This document shows positions 1-14,643 of a DNA stretch of 64,000 bases, piece by piece. The stretch's first letter is position 1; the number at the start of each line of letters is the position of its first letter. This DNA comes from Yuukianura sp. NJ FZ-2021. Its lineage: Eukaryota. The stretch is from positions 4,588,001 to 4,652,000 of the forward strand of contig CM102286.1 in the NCBI GenBank assembly GCA_046563655.1, read 5' to 3'. The position numbers were made by a program, and so were the translations under genes. The notes below the pieces were generated by a model, which was not told the origin of the DNA, searched no databases, and saw only the letters and a list, made by a program, of their open reading frames with translations.

Positions 1-2727
1 GTCGCGCAATACCCGGCTATAAAGTACCACCCAACCAAAAAAAAATTTTTTTGCAACACTACTTTCGTTTTCATTTCTTTCGTGGCCTACGTGCTGCCAA
101 ATAATAAGCCTATCTACACAAATTGTGTCTATCCAACACTTTCACTTTTGCAGAATTTCTGAGTGATTTGGTTTGTCGCGTGTTGTTTATAAGCAAAGTA
201 ATTAAATCCAGGTATTTCACTTTTTTGTTTGGTGTTTGTGCTGTGTCTCTGTGTGCGTAGGGCTTAACAAACTTTCTTTTATACAAAAAGTTACATTTAA
301 TCGCAGGATTTGGTCAATGTCAGTCAGTAGTACCCACAGGCACACCTTAATTTTCATACAATTTACATGACGCACTAAGGAATTTTCGAGGAGCGGATAC
401 ACGGAGTGTGAAAAGCACCAAACTTTTAATTTTTAATCACAATTTTATTAAGACTGCTGTAGTCATTAATCAGCTGCTTAGTCATCCTCATTATCTTGTG
501 ATGAAGTAAACACTGGACGTGTTAGCAGTTAATATTGCGTAAGGTGTGACATAACGTAGGTAGTATAACTTACCTACGCTTAATTCTTATCGAGGAGGCG
601 TTAGCGTTTAACATTCTTATCGGTCAGCTGAGCTTTAAGGGCACCCACCGACCCACCCATTCCATTGAGTTCGTTGACCTCCACGGCCTTCCTCATCTGT
701 GTTTCTGTGTCGTCCGTGGGTGGTAGAATTATAAGGTAAGTTTAATTTGTTTACACTTTAGTGTCTACAATTGCAAATTGTGTATTGTTATTTTCCTTCT
801 TTTGTCCTTTCACATGATGTGTTTTCGATTTTCGTTAGATAATAGTAGTTACTTGAATGAAATGAGATCATTGACCTAACCTAACATATTCATTTATTGA
901 AACCATTGACAAGTTAAAGTCGTTATGATCACTTTACAAAACGTCACCAGTCGTCGTCGACGGAACATAAAATTCTGCATTATTAATGTTTTGCGTTTTT
1001 GGTTTTACAGGGTTAACGGTTGACTACGTCAGTTCGCTGTTTGTCGGAATCCGGAAATACACTAAACATTCGGAATCGAAACTACCTCCAAGCCCCAGAA
1101 TTAAGGTAAACATCTTAACTGTTTATTAATGATTGTGCCTTGAATATTGGAAAATTGCTACATCTAATAGTACTTACAAATAAACTGATCATCCAGCAGT
1201 GCTGGTCCAGCACGTAGAACGTAATAAGGGGCATAAAATTCCTTGGAGTCAAATAGTTCCTAATTTTATAATGCACTTCACCCAATGCTGCTGCGATCCC
1301 ACCATGAGATGTATTCGTGCATTGGTGAAACGGGGGATGCGATGACTGAAAAACCAAAGTTATCCGGCTAAGACCATAAACTCTAAAACCCACATCCACC
1401 GATGCCTATTTTTGAACCAGTGACATCAATGACTAATTAGCTAGATCTTCCTGTTTTGTCACGTTTTTGTTCCTAGGAAATCAAGGTCGAGAACCGGCTA
1501 GCAACAGACTTCCCTGTTGTGGACGTATCGTTAATCAAAACTACTTTCAAACAATAGGTGGATTGTGTTACGTGTTAACAAAGTTAACTAAACTGTTTCC
1601 TAGTAGTTACAAGCAAAACGAAAGTTTGTTCGAGGTCCAGTTTCTAGAAAATTCCGACTAAAATCCACTAGTTAACCGGGAATGTCCTGTGGAACGGTTG
1701 ATGGTTTTGTTATGATAACAATGCAAATCATTCCTGAATAACTCACTTGCTTTCATTTAATTGACCAAGAATTGCGTTAACTTGTTTTGGCCGGAAAATC
1801 GACTACTAAATTAAATAATTAAAGTTAATTTTACTTTTATTCTTTTCAAACCAAAATTACAGGGTTGGCCATTGTTAGACCACTTCTCATCTCAAAGACT
1901 CAATTTAGGCTCCTTCTCTTGGATTCATGTCAAGATCAACTCAATGTCATTCGCCCGTGCTTACAACCTCCGACTAAAATTCTCTTTTCATTTCTTTTAC
2001 AGATTATTTGCAAAAACACATCTTGTGAAGCCGTTGTTCTTGCTATGTGCTCGGCTCGAGCTGACTGCTTTTGTGCCGCCTCGACCAGTTCTATCTAGAG
2101 AAGATTACGTGAAAGTTGTCGGGTGCTAGACTTCGGCTGCAGAATTTCAATGATTTCACTAAAGCTTCTCGCAAACCACTTCTTGAAACAGCCATAACAA
2201 GTCAGTTTATTATTTACATCTCATAAACTCATTTTTGCTTGGTTTAGTGTTTTTCTTGGATTACTTTTTTATTATTTTTAGTCGTGACATCTATAAATTC
2301 CATTGAAAAATTGTCATTTCGATGAATTGGAGCGTTGAAGAAGGCTGGGTGAAACTTTTTCTTAAACAATAACTTTGTTTCAGTGTTTACTCGAAACTGA
2401 CAGTTCGTTGGTAGACATTCCAATTCATTTTGTTTTTACTAAACGTTTATTCCAAGAAAATCATTCAAGTTTTCAATAGAATGTTTATTACTGGTTTTAT
2501 TCTTGGGTATAATTTTTAATTTTGTTTAATTTCCAGGTTTCCGTATTACATCGACTCCCATTCTCTAACCGAACAGCGATTGACAATAATTTTGCACCTG
2601 AGTTGTAAATACGAAGTACTTTGCTTGACAACTGGAATTCCTACGTACCTAATTACTCATAAATCGATTGGCGTCCTTTCAAGTGCAGAGAGATTCTTCT
2701 TGATTACGTGGATTCTTATGGTGGATT

Positions 2728-5700
2728 ATGGAATTGGACAGCACATCAATCGAAAATCAACTGATTAAATCCCACGATCATCGGCCAAACACACATCTTG
2801 ATAGAGAGGTGATAACATTTTTATTGAAAAGTTGAAACAATTTATTTAGAAGTGGCAACTCACGTGTACTGAAACAACATATTGCGCCTGACATTCGTCA
2901 CGTAATATGTTAGATAATCAAGTACAGTACCAAGTACATTTGTTTTATTCGGTGTTTAAAAGAAAATAGTTTTTCAACACTAACAATATAAGCGGAATTC
3001 GGGAAGTATGGCGAAAATTTCCAGCTACACTAATTGATTTCATTATGCTAATCGATATTATGATCATACATTGATGACTGATTTAACGCTTGGCTTAAGC
3101 AGGCAATAATTATGCATAAGCCTTGTAGGTTTAAAAATTATAATTTTATGATTACGACTAACTACATTTATTAGCACAATTAGTAACGCTTTTAGACAGT
3201 TTGAAGTCTTACGCAACTTCATCCCTAAAGTTATTGCCACTTCAGAGCAAACTGTCACGCTACGTGACCGAAAAGCGTTTATGTAACAAATCATTTTACA
3301 GAACGCCCCAGTGCATGTTATTAGTAATTATACAGTGTTTAATCCTTATTAAGTCTCGGGAGTTCCATAAGTGTTGACTAGTGATGAGGGATTCCCGTTT
3401 GTTCAAACGACAGGTGAATTATGATGATTTACATCCTCCATTGTCATCTGGTTTGTACTCTGCTAGTTTACACAGATTTGTTTATGGAGTTTGAACTAGT
3501 GCTGGAGTATGGAAAAAGCACTAGAAAATGCTTTATGGCGAGTATGAACTTTACGGATAAATTGGTGGGAATTCTCCCCCTTTTACGATTTTGGTGTGAT
3601 AAATTTTTTTTAATATAAAAAGGGAGGTTTAACTTCAAGTACTTTTCAGTTAAGCTTTGAATAGCCAGTTGCTTCGGACCTTAGGCCTTGTCGTTCTCAA
3701 GCTGATACACGAGGCAATATACCACTTAAATTCTCGCCGTAGTGCGCAGAAGATATTTTGTTCAAAGCGTGTGCTTCAATTTGACGTAACGTAATGCTAT
3801 TAGTGCAATATTCTTCACCGAAATTTTGGTTCCCACGGGCACGGTACCATTGTGAGGTAAGCTGAAAGCTGAAGCGTTGTGAGAGCAAATCCTTAACTAC
3901 TCTCACTTTCTGCATTTTTTGCTTTTTTTTGGTAAAATGTTGGCTACGATTTTGGTTAAGTACTAGGTAGGTTTGGTTAGTAATTAAGTCTAAACTGATG
4001 CATTTATGGATGGGAAAAATTCATGCAACATGAAAACTTAAAGTAACTATATTTTTTTCATTTGCATTTACAGGATGAGGATGACGTTCTCTGTCAATCA
4101 TCTTCACATGGAAAGCCTGGCGGAGACGACTCGGAAGATGAAAAGGAAAGTTTAAGTAGCAGCATCAGTAGTGGTGACTCAACGTCAGAAGACTCCGATA
4201 TTTGTACAACCGATTCTTCAGAGCCGTCGTCGCCTGTCACTTGCATCCCGTGGGCGGATCGTACAACTACTCAGAACCAAAAAGACAGGAATGTCGTTTT
4301 TAGCCCCACTGCCAAAACAGGAGAAAGCTCCCTATCTATGCCAATTCACATGGATCGAAAACGAAAGGAGCATGATGAAAATTCTTCATTTCGAGAGGAC
4401 CATAAGATCATAAGGTATAATAAATCATCCATTAAGTCATAAGGTGGATGATTTAATTTAATTTCGTACTTTGTCATAATTTGCTTTCGATGATTTTGGA
4501 CTTTGATTTATTGATTGCCTATTTTGAAATGTGACATTTTTATTATCATTCAGATCAGTGGAGCCAGATGAACGTCAGACCAGTGACAAAGACAATGGCG
4601 CTAAAAACATTGGGTTGAGTGAAGGTGAAAACGTTGGAAAAGTAAGTGTGAGTAGATTATCTGATTAACTGATAGTATTGAAATCTATAAATAGTTGTTT
4701 TTGTGTTGTTTTTCTAAACGTTTGAATGAGTGTTTCAATCCTTCAAAATTTGAAGTTACAGTGAAAGAGTATGACACATCATACGCCGCTAATCGCTGAT
4801 GATGAAGTAGTCCTTGAGATGAATCTGTACAATTTGTAATGTATTATTATTATTATTATTTCCAGAATGAAATCCAAACTGACTACGTCAATACCGTACT
4901 AACCGTATCAAGATTTGGAGATGAAAAGAATTTTGGCAATTCAGCAACCTCCGAACCTCGAACGGATGCGGATTACGGAATGAGATCCGTGCCAACAAGT
5001 TTTGAGCCAGAATTACAGAGGCAATGGGAACGGACAGCAGCTCAATGGCAATCCAGAAAATTATGTAGAACTCATCGTCCAAGACACTATGCAAGGTCGG
5101 CAAAGAGTTTTTCAGAGGCAGAAGAAGCTATTAGACACAAACACTGCAATATAGGAGGACTCAAAATTTCTCCGTCGAAACCATCTTCATCCATTTCTGT
5201 TTCTGATGTAAGAGAAAGGAAAAATACCAAGGCTACTAAGCACATTCCTAAAATCTTGGTTTGCGGTGCATGAAGCCAGACGAAGCGGAAAACATTTTTG
5301 GCATTGAAATTAATGATTTTGTTTTTGTATGTAGGCGAGTCAAGATTCATTTGAATTTGCGGATGAAACTGACCAACTCACGACCAGCATTAGTGAGGAT
5401 GACGAAAGCAACCAGTTGATTTTAAGTTCGGTAAAGTTGGAACCACTCCCACAACTGGACTTGTCAACTCTTCACCATCAAATGGAATCTGAAGCGCCCG
5501 TTTCACTTTCGAGGCGATCATCGGTAAGTGAATTAAAAGAATTACAAAAAAAAAATTTTTTTAGAAGTTTTGTGCTAAGTATTTTAATGCGAAAACAGGA
5601 TCAAGTTATGTTGTCGCCAAGGAATAGCATCACGTTGACAGAAGACTATGCTATTCCGCCAAGCCCACCGATTCATCAGTTGCCAATTGATCCTCCACTA

Positions 5701-6869
5701 AGCCGCCAAATCCTGGATGGGAATCAAGAATCCAAAATTCAATTACTCTCTCGTCAAATTTTTAATTGGAAGAAGCAACTCAAATCTTTGGAAAAAGAAC
5801 ATCTTCAAGTTTTTGGATACAAGCCATCTCATGCTGACAAAATTAATCACAGAGAAATGAGAAAATGTCTTCAGCATATTAACAAAGCAAAACAAGAACT
5901 GAAACGTAAGAAAGCCTTTTTCGTTTAAATTATTTTTGTATCAACTGCAATTTTGGAACCAATTTCAAAGTTATATGTTTCTATTACAGAAATCCGCGAA
6001 GATCCTTCGGCAGTGTCCGGCGTAGACTCCGAGACTAAAGTTTTTCAAGGTCCAATGTCATTGAAGGAGCTGGAGAATACTGTGTCGGAAGTCCAGAATG
6101 CTTTAACGGAAGACCGAAAATTTCACTGCCGACCTGAGGATTTACTTTTGATGAACTCGGCAGAACTAGTCACCGAGAAGGGAATTATGCAAAAACAATT
6201 GTTGCTTTTGGAGAAGCGACATGGACGTCCGACCAACAAAGAAGAGAAGGAAATTGTCCGAAAGCTTTACGAACGGTACAGAGTCATCAAGAAAATGAGT
6301 AATCGCTGCAGTACAGTGAAGGAGAACAGTTTGGATTTAGTTCCAATACTGGAACATGAAACACTTGACTTGAACACTGAAAATGAAGGAGGAAACAGTC
6401 CCATGCCACCGTTCACAGAGACAAAGCGGTCTCCTCGTGCACTACGACGGCGGTTGGCCGGAAGCAGTCGTACTCAAATTGCTGAAGATGTCTCCATCTA
6501 CGTCGAGTACCAAAACCATGATTATAATGACATGGAACTGTGAGTATAATTTGTAAAGTTTTTCCAACAAACTAATTTAAAGTTTTTACTAAACTTTGTA
6601 CTTTTTTGTTCCATTGCAGAAATGAATTGGAGCGTCATTATAAAATTGCTTCAGAAGAGAAGCGAAGGCTCCGATCGGCTCTTCGTGCTATCGAACCGGA
6701 AACCCAAGGAACGACTTCCGGACAAAAACGAGATGACAAGTACTCCACTGTAGAATCGGAAATGATGCATCAAAAGTACAAGCATACGCGTGCCACGCTA
6801 CGGCTCCTGGATGTCCTCATCAACAAACGAAAATACCCGTCTTTGGTTCAAGACGTTAGAAAACACTAA
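2728..6869 (+). CDS. FAM13 family protein, multi-exon, no RhoGAP domain visible in the window
   Basis: Putative first coding exon 2728-2808 (MELDSTS...LDRE|gt) splices in phase 0 to 4074 (DEDDVLC...). Later exons give QKQLLLLEKRHGRPTNKEEKEIVRKLYERYRVIKK and YKHTRATLRLLDVLINK, matching the FAM13A/B C-terminal region. Several upstream exon-like segments (about 600-735, 1011-1105, 2001-2200) look like 5' UTR. Confidence 0.8.
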
Positions 6870-7764
6870 ATCGAAGATCGTTTTTTAAATACCTTTTAGT
6901 TTTTTGAGACTTTTAGTTATTAACTTTGACTGCCGATATACTGATTATATTATGTTAAGAATCTCTTATTTTGTCGTACTACTCCGTGTTTAACGTATAC
7001 TCAAATCTATGAAAGACATTGTGCTTCATCGCGTACGGGCAACTTTTAGGTCAACCTGACGTTAAGGTTGGACTTTAGTCCTCTAGTTTATAAATTACGC
7101 TAATTGTGTTATTTATAGTTACATAAGTGTATAGTTTGCCCAAGTATTAAGCTTCTCCTCTTTCCTATTGTATGCTGAAGTGTTTTCGTTACCAGTTTTC
7201 ATAAGCTAGTCGTTAGCTGTACCAAATACTTTGTTGTTTCCTATGAGTCAAGGATTTACATTGCTCATAATACTTGTATGTTAGGGTTATTTACCCTGTA
7301 AATGATGGCTTTTAAAATAGCTTTAGTTGTGGCCTTAAGGAATTACTTTTTTACCTCAAGGTTTCACCGGTGTAATTCACCAAAGAATGTTCAAAACGGT
7401 GCAGGATATGACCTGTGAGGGAGTGACGTTTCAAATTTTTTGAAATTGTTTCAAAAAAGTTGAAATTTGGGTTTGTAGACTCTGAGAAGTCAGGAAATTG
7501 TAACTGAAGCGATAGGAGACAATGTTGTACCTGTTTTGAAAATTTTGACTCCTCTTGGCGCACATTTATTTAGAAAGACGAATTAGCGGGAGTTGACGAA
7601 AGTATTTAAAATGGCGAGAGGGAAGGAAGCATATGGAGAGCTGTGCGCTTGTAAGCATATCTGTGCTCAGTTTTTGTAAACTGATTAGAACTTTATGCCA
7701 GAGATTGAAAGTGTAGTTGTTAATGTATTGTGGCTTTTATTAAATTTTTCCGTAAGGGAATTAT

Positions 7765-9030
7765 TCAAGTGTCATTCGACAGTTTTGTTGTGTCTTCATT
7801 ATTGTAGGAACCAAAACGGGTATTGTTGGTTCTTGCTTCATAGAGTTTGGCTACTAAGCCTTTGACATAGGGATGGCTGTTGACAAATACGTCTTTGGTG
7901 GAGTCAAAGAATTGTTGAAGCGATCCTGGAGACGATGTGTCTTGTTCATATTCGTAAGCTTGGACAACCATGTCCAACTTGTCCAGATCTCTGACCAACT
8001 TGGCTTCCGGTGTTTTCCCTTCCTCGTACTCCTGAAACAAATGACTCTTGAGTAATCCGTGAAATCAATCATTCAAAATGTTAAAATAGGTGCTGAGTTG
8101 TTAGTTTACTTTGAAAAGCTCGCGAATTTCATCTCCCTTGTTCCCATTCAGGAGAGAAGCCATATGGTCAATTGCGGTTGTTTCCATGAGATGCTTTTCA
8201 GATTCGGGAACGCCGCAATGCGGCGTGATGTCTCCAACAATGGCTTCTCCCATATCATGCACAATCGACATTTTGATACATCTAGAGTGAAAAGGACATG
8301 TTTGAGTTGAATGAATCAACGCTAATCTTGCGCAAACGTTTAAATTGATCATATCATAGGTCATGTTTACTTGTTAAGGTCAATTGCTGGGCCTTCAACG
8401 ACAAACGCACTCATGACGGCCATTCGGTACATGTGAGCAGCGACGGTTTCTGGCTTCTTGATTCCACTTCTTACCCATCCAGTTCGGTCAAGGTGCTAAA
8501 ATTCAAATAGATTTAAAAAAAGAAGGTTCTCCTCAGACTTTGGCGTAACAAATATTGTTCAAAACTCTGCCAGAGGTCATAGGTCAACCTAAATTAATTC
8601 AACTGAAGAGCTTAGAAATGAAAGTGAGCCATAGAAATGCATATGGTTATAAGAGGTAACTGTGGCGTCCGATCAGAATTTCGAATTTCATGGCGCCATT
8701 CACATTTCAATATTGTTTTGAGTTTTTTTTTCCATCAAACGGAACGGCACATGGGATTGGGATATAGATGGGTACGGCTTAAGGGACTAACCGAACCGAG
8801 TAAACGAGGGTATTTCCATAATCAATCATTCTTAATTAACTCATCAATTAATTATCTGATTTGCTGTTTTACAGTTCTACTGTTGCATCGCCCAAGACTG
8901 GCGCCACTGGTGGGACTGGGACAACCTGCAAATTAATGTAAACTTCAATTTCCATTTGAATATAAAGGTTTACCTTCAACTTTGACATCAAGTTCAAGAA
9001 GTTCAACTCTGACGACATTGAATTAGCCAT
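7765..9030 (-). CDS. HDDC2: HD domain-containing protein 2 (5'-deoxynucleotidase), 4 exons
   Basis: Exon 9030-8974 MANSMSSELNFLNLMSKLK; exon from 8495 HLDRTGWVRSGIKKPETVAAHMYRMAVMS; then CIKMSIVHDMGEAIVGDITPHCGV and EYEEGKTPEAKLVRDLDKLDMVVQAYEYE. These are the canonical HD motifs. Confidence 0.93.
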
Positions 9031-9213
9031 GCTAAACGGGAGAGGTATGCCACTTTATTATTGTCAATAACTTCCGAATTTAAGTACTTTAATTTATTGA
9101 ACAAAGTCGCCTCCTTGATTTTTCTTTGCGTTAGATCAGATGTACACGCTGCTGGTATTAGCTGTACTGCACAGCGTTGGGCATTTTCATTTTGCCTGAT
9201 GCTAACGTAATCG
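9031..9213. promoter_or_regulatory. Compact bidirectional promoter shared by HDDC2 and MRPS28
   Basis: Divergent start codons are only about 180 bp apart. Confidence 0.6.
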
Positions 9214-9986
9214 ATGCAATCAGGTTAAGTCTAAATCATTCATATGTTTTTTATTTATTTGCAGGTTTATTTTTGGGAGGACGTGTGCTTCTTACAAGAG
9301 TTCTTAATTTTGAAAGTCACGCGTCTAATCCAGATCCCAACTCAGCAATTAATCGAACAGAATACACCAAATTCCTTTTCCGTTCATTGACATCTTCAGA
9401 GCAAAATTCACCTACAAACGAACCGATTTCAAAATCTGAGCAATCGGAACCTTCCTCCACGTATGAAAGCTCATCTAGAGGTGGATTTGCAAAGGCATTC
9501 GACAAGTTCGGTGGAAATGAAAGTTTTGTCAAATTGTTGAGAAATAGTCCGCTGGTCCAAGTAAATTACTCTTAAATCCATAATTTTCATTCCTGATTTA
9601 TTTATGAAAAACTCATTTTTTATTAGCTCGGAGATCCAGCTGGAAAAGTCGTCGAAGGAACTATTTATAACATTGTCGGTGACGATTTGTATATTGATTT
9701 TGGTGGAAAGTTTCCATGCGTTTGTACAAGACCTCAAAAAAATGGAGAGTAAGTTTGTTTTTCCTAAAAATGTAGCTATTCTTATTCATGACTTTTGTTT
9801 TGAACCTAATCAATTTTGTTGCGTAGCCTTTACACGAGGAATCGGAAAGTAAGAATTCTGCTCCGTGATTTGGAGCTGTCCACGCGATTTCTTGGAGCTA
9901 AAACAGATTTGACAATACTTGAAGCTGACGGAGTCCTTCTTGGACTTGCTAAAACTTCCGTCGAAATCCAAGAAAACAAGTCGTAG
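9214..9986 (+). CDS. MRPS28: Mitochondrial small ribosomal subunit protein S28 (bS1m), 4 exons
   Basis: Spliced product contains [48 protein letters not shown]...[33 protein letters not shown]. Probable ATG at 9214 followed by a 41-nt intron. Confidence 0.9.
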
Positions 9987-10796
9987 CATAAACAATGCAT
10001 GACGGTGTTTAAAGGCAATTTTCGTGAAGCTTAATTTGGAAAGTTGGTGTTGATTACACAGAAACGATGGTGATGATCATGAGGATCGTAGTCCTACATA
10101 AATTTTGTAACTTCTGTATTCAATTACTACGTACTATTGACTATAAGTTGTAATTTTATCTTAATAAAAGCAATATTGTTTGAACAATTTCGGGTCAGCT
10201 AATGTATCCCTTGAGTAGAGTTTTCAGGGTTTGCGGGAACTTTGAACTCGATTACAATTTACAACTTTGTGTAAACAAAAGGGAGACGTCAATGTTTCCC
10301 TGTTTATCCATTTTTCCATTCGCATTCAACTAGTAGCTTTCTTCGTTCACTTTATCACTTTCATTGTTTCATTGGATCCAGCCAGAGCGAGATCGGGTTT
10401 TGGAATTTTTAGTCAATCGGTTCCAAAATTTTCGATTAGGAGAATTCAAAGGTAAGCCGATTTGCGATGCCCACAAACATATGTAGGTCACTTGTCGAGT
10501 CAGTTAATTTTATGATTTGTTAAGGGTCTTTCTACACTGTCTGAGTTCTGAAGGCAGTCCAAATGTCACATTGGGAAGTTCCAAATTGGAAATAGAAGTA
10601 AACGGACGAACGCGAAGAAATGATGAAAACATTTGTCATTGTCTGACTCTGAAGTCTGATTTGTTATAGGTAAAAGTCCTGACAGTTCTACAATACTAGC
10701 AGACTTCTACTCTACTAACATCATTTGTTGTCAACTCTAATTTATTTCTAGAAACTGATTGTCTTTCCTTATTGACCTTTACTGGAAACTGGAGTG

Positions 10797-12674
10797 ATGT
10801 CTGCTGACGGTACCCATGGAGGCGGTGTTTATACACATCCGAATCCGATAACACCAGGCTATCCAGTCCCTCCACCCCCACCCCCACCAGCATATCCCCC
10901 ACCTCCATTACTTCGTTTCAACGGCGATAAGAAGTCAAAATACCCAGGATATCCAAACTACACAGTTCAACCGTCAACTTCTGGCAGCCATTATGACAAA
11001 ACAGAGCTTCGACCTCCATTACCTGCGGCGGAACCGGGTCATCTCCATCCGCCTGGTACATTCCAACAAATACCCAGTTCAGCTCAATGGAACTTTAGTT
11101 CGTATCAAACTCCGCCTCCCCCACCACCACCACCTCCCGTACTGCGAATGCCACGGACATCTCATTTTCAGGTTCTAGGACCGGGGTCATCACCATCGCA
11201 AGGACTAAATGTTAGGTCACCGTTATACACACGAACCCCACAACAACAATCTCGACATCCTAGATACGATTACCGACATCCTGGCAGCAACATGTCTCAT
11301 CCACCGCCAATGCATCGCTTCCAGGGTGAAGGAATGAGGGTTAGGCGGACTTTTGTACATGATGAATTTGTGCCATTAGAATTTGGCTATAGTTATAAAG
11401 ACAACCGTCCTAAACCCTCGTCAAACGTGAACGTTGCAATACAGCAAGAGTCCTGCAGTGATGTTCTTGACGACGTAAAACCAAAGAATGAAGTACCACT
11501 TAGCTGGAATAATGGAAACTTTGAATCCCACGAACTCAACAACACCGGACAAAACATAATCGACACAACATTACCATTTGTTCCTGTTGCAGCGGAGACC
11601 ATTGACTTAGCACGGATGACAAAAGTAATTGAAGAGGAAAAAGCTAAGGCCAACTCTGCAACAATTAATGCTCTCGAGCGGCAAGGAGTCATTGAATCTA
11701 CTTGGCCTAAACAATTACGAGAAATGTTTCAACCTCTTTACTGTAAACTCTGTACCCTGACGGTAAGCAATGTTCAAAAATACTGGTCAATTTCATAATT
11801 TTCGAAATTCACGGGTTTTTAATTGGAATTTGTCTGATTGTTAGCTTTCTTCCGCGATTGTGGCGAAGGCTCACTACATGGGAAAAAAGCATAGAAAATG
11901 TATTGATGGCTGGCTACAGAACTACAGGAGAGAGGAAAAGAAAGCGTTGAAGTCCGGCTCTCTTTCTTCTGTTCAAAATTGGATAACCACTCGAGGCATT
12001 CATCCAGAAAGCAAGCGCAAAGTGATTGCCACCGCAAGAATTATTTCACCAGAAGAATTGAATACTGCTGCCGATATGGCTGGTGCTGCTCTGAAGCCTC
12101 CTGGAACCGAAACGGTTGACTCCATCAACACTACAACTGCAAATGCACCCATACCGCCACCAATTTCCGGTGCGAACTTAATGCCTCTGGGGAATTGTGC
12201 CCGGTGGGGAAAACGAGCTATGGAACCAAACAATTTCGCTAGTATTAATGCGAAAGAAGGAATCAGCAAACGATTTCCACTGGGTCGTCCTCCAGTCAAA
12301 AAGTCTAAACAGGACTGTAAGTTTACTTATTATTACGATTGGTAGAAAGTGAAACTGGAAAGAAAACGAATTATTGACAAACTATAAACTTTTATACTTT
12401 TTTTTAGCAAACGGTGGAAAAAATTTTGATTTCTGTGACATCTGTAATGTTGCCTTAACATCTCACACACATGCTGAACAACACTACGGCGGCCAAAAGC
12501 ATAAGAAGAAACTAGCAAACTCGCAAGTTTCGAATTACGTTTACCCTGGTTTTTTATAAGGTTAAAATATGAGAGTTGTGAACGTAAAGCGAACTCTTTC
12601 TTCTTCTTTTTTTTCAGAAAAATTGTACCTCCGGCTCCGGATATCGTCCGTCCGGCTTCTTTACATCCAGATGA
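10797..12674 (+). CDS. Proline-rich protein with two matrin/U1-type zinc fingers (ZMAT/ZNF385-like)
   Basis: YCKLCTLT|LSSAIVAKAHYMGKKHRK is split by an intron. The second finger is FCDICNVALTSHTHAEQHYGGQKHKKK. The N-terminus is poly-Pro. The last exon (12618-12674) is inferred from splice sites. Confidence 0.8.
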
Positions 12675-13015
12675 GTTATACTCCGCCCCACAACTACAGC
12701 AAAATCTGTCTTTTCAGTACTTCTAACGTTGCCGGAATTTCTAGCTACACGTACGCAGAATCTTACGTTGTATCTATTCAATGTAATAGTGTGTTTTTTA
12801 AGTCTGATGCTGTTATCTGTTTGACCTCTACCTAAACGAAACCCACAGATGATATGCTTTGTTATAACTAGAGTATATAAGTTACAGCAAGCAAAATGGT
12901 TCTTAGTTCCAGTAATGCTAAGAGTATTCGTACAAAGTACACTTACTCATAATTAGTGTAATAGGATAATACAGTTTATTTATAAAGTTTGAGAATATAA
13001 TTGGCTGGTCTGTTG

Positions 13016-14643
13016 TCATTCCTCCTTTAGGGTGTATAGCGTTCGAGTAACTTGTCTGTCACCTTGCTTGATATCTTTGTCTCCCCAGCCCCATGGTCCT
13101 GGATGAGTGTGTGGATCGTTGTGGCTTCCGTCACCAGTTCGCTGGACACGCTGGAGCACAATTTCCTTGGGAACAGTTTTCAAATCATAGGCCCATCCGA
13201 TCTTGGCAAAGAGGTCGATGAAGGCTGCCGAGAAGTTGTACCGATAGACTCCTACTTCGGCCACTTTGTAATCCCAGGGAAATACGTGATGATAGTTGTG
13301 CCATCCTTCGCCAAAAGACCAAAACGACACTGTCTTATTTTCTCGTGGACCAATCGTCCTACAAATTTCGATTTTCATCAATGAGTTTTGGTAAGTTTAA
13401 GTCATATTCAACATAACCTAAAAATTGGAACGCTGGAACCATATTTTCTTGCAATATTTAATTTTTCTAGTAACTCACTTGTCGTAGGGCCGAGTCCCGA
13501 AAATATGTGCAGCACTGTTCACCAGCCATGTCATATGAAGTGTGATGCAGTATCGGAATTGGGCACAGAAGAAGAACGCTACCCAAAATTGTTCGCCCCA
13601 GAAGTAGTAAGGTACGATGGCGGGAATTAGAAAGCAGATTGAGAGAACCAATGGCAAATAATACCTAGAAACATTCAACATTATAAACTCAAGTGTCAAC
13701 CAGTTTCTTTGTTACTTTAGATACGCCTTCTCTACGACTGGAAAAAGATGGTCAAGGACAATTGTCCAATAGAAGGCTTACTTTCTCTGGAAGACGACCA
13801 CGGGATCCAGTTCAAGGTCACTCATGTCAATAAGTTTCCCCTTCTCCTTGACTGCGTCATCTTTGCGACACATCAGCCAACCCATATGCGCAAAAAAGAA
13901 TCCGCGGTGAGCATTGTGCGGATCGGCAGCTGTCTCTGAGAATTTGTGGTGTACGCGGTGATCTCTGGCCCATTCGTAGATATGGTTCTAAGTAAAAATT
14001 TGTTTCAATACATTTAAATTTTTAATATGAATTTTTAAACATAATTCCAGGATGAAGTACTACCTGGAAAGCCACGGTTTGGCAAATACAGAGGATTATC
14101 CGAAGCGGAAGCTTGGCTTTGTAGGCACGGTGTGACCAAAGTCTATGGGCACCAGCGGTAATTCCAAATCCACACATGCAGTAAAGCAGGAATCCTACAA
14201 CATCATTGGACCAATTACTGAGTAGGAAAACACATTTACAAGCATCAAATTCAAAAACGAGTCAAGACACGCGATGATTTCCTGAAAATTTCTTGATCAT
14301 TTTCGAAAGTCTTACCCCAAAGGAAAGTTTTGAGCATCACTTGCCCAGAGACCCAGAGATAGGCTCCATAAAGTGCTGCCAGATGAAGGTAGACAAAGAG
14401 CAGCACATTTTTGTAGACCAACTTCAGCGGGGTGTGCTCATCGCCTACTACCTTCGCGTCCTTGTCAGGCAGCAGTGCATAAATGTCATCCTCTTTGTTG
14501 TTATTGTTGTTGTTGTTCCAATGCTGTTTCTGATACTGATTTGTTCCCATTTTGACTGAGTCCTGAGTTTTCAAGTTACGGTCAATTTTCAGCGTTGTTT
14601 TGTTAAATGTTTTAGTAGCTGCTGGTGAAGGGCCTGGGGTCAT
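13016..14643 (-). CDS. Acyl-CoA Delta9-type (first desaturase family) fatty acid desaturase, 5 exons
   Basis: Three His boxes across exons (HRLWSH, HRVHH, HNYHH), plus [16 protein letters not shown] and [17 protein letters not shown]. Confidence 0.95.

Noticed and set aside
3381..3450. C/D snoRNA candidate (GTGATGA and ATGATGA) in a FAM13 intron
   Set aside because: No suitably placed CTGA D box or terminal stem.
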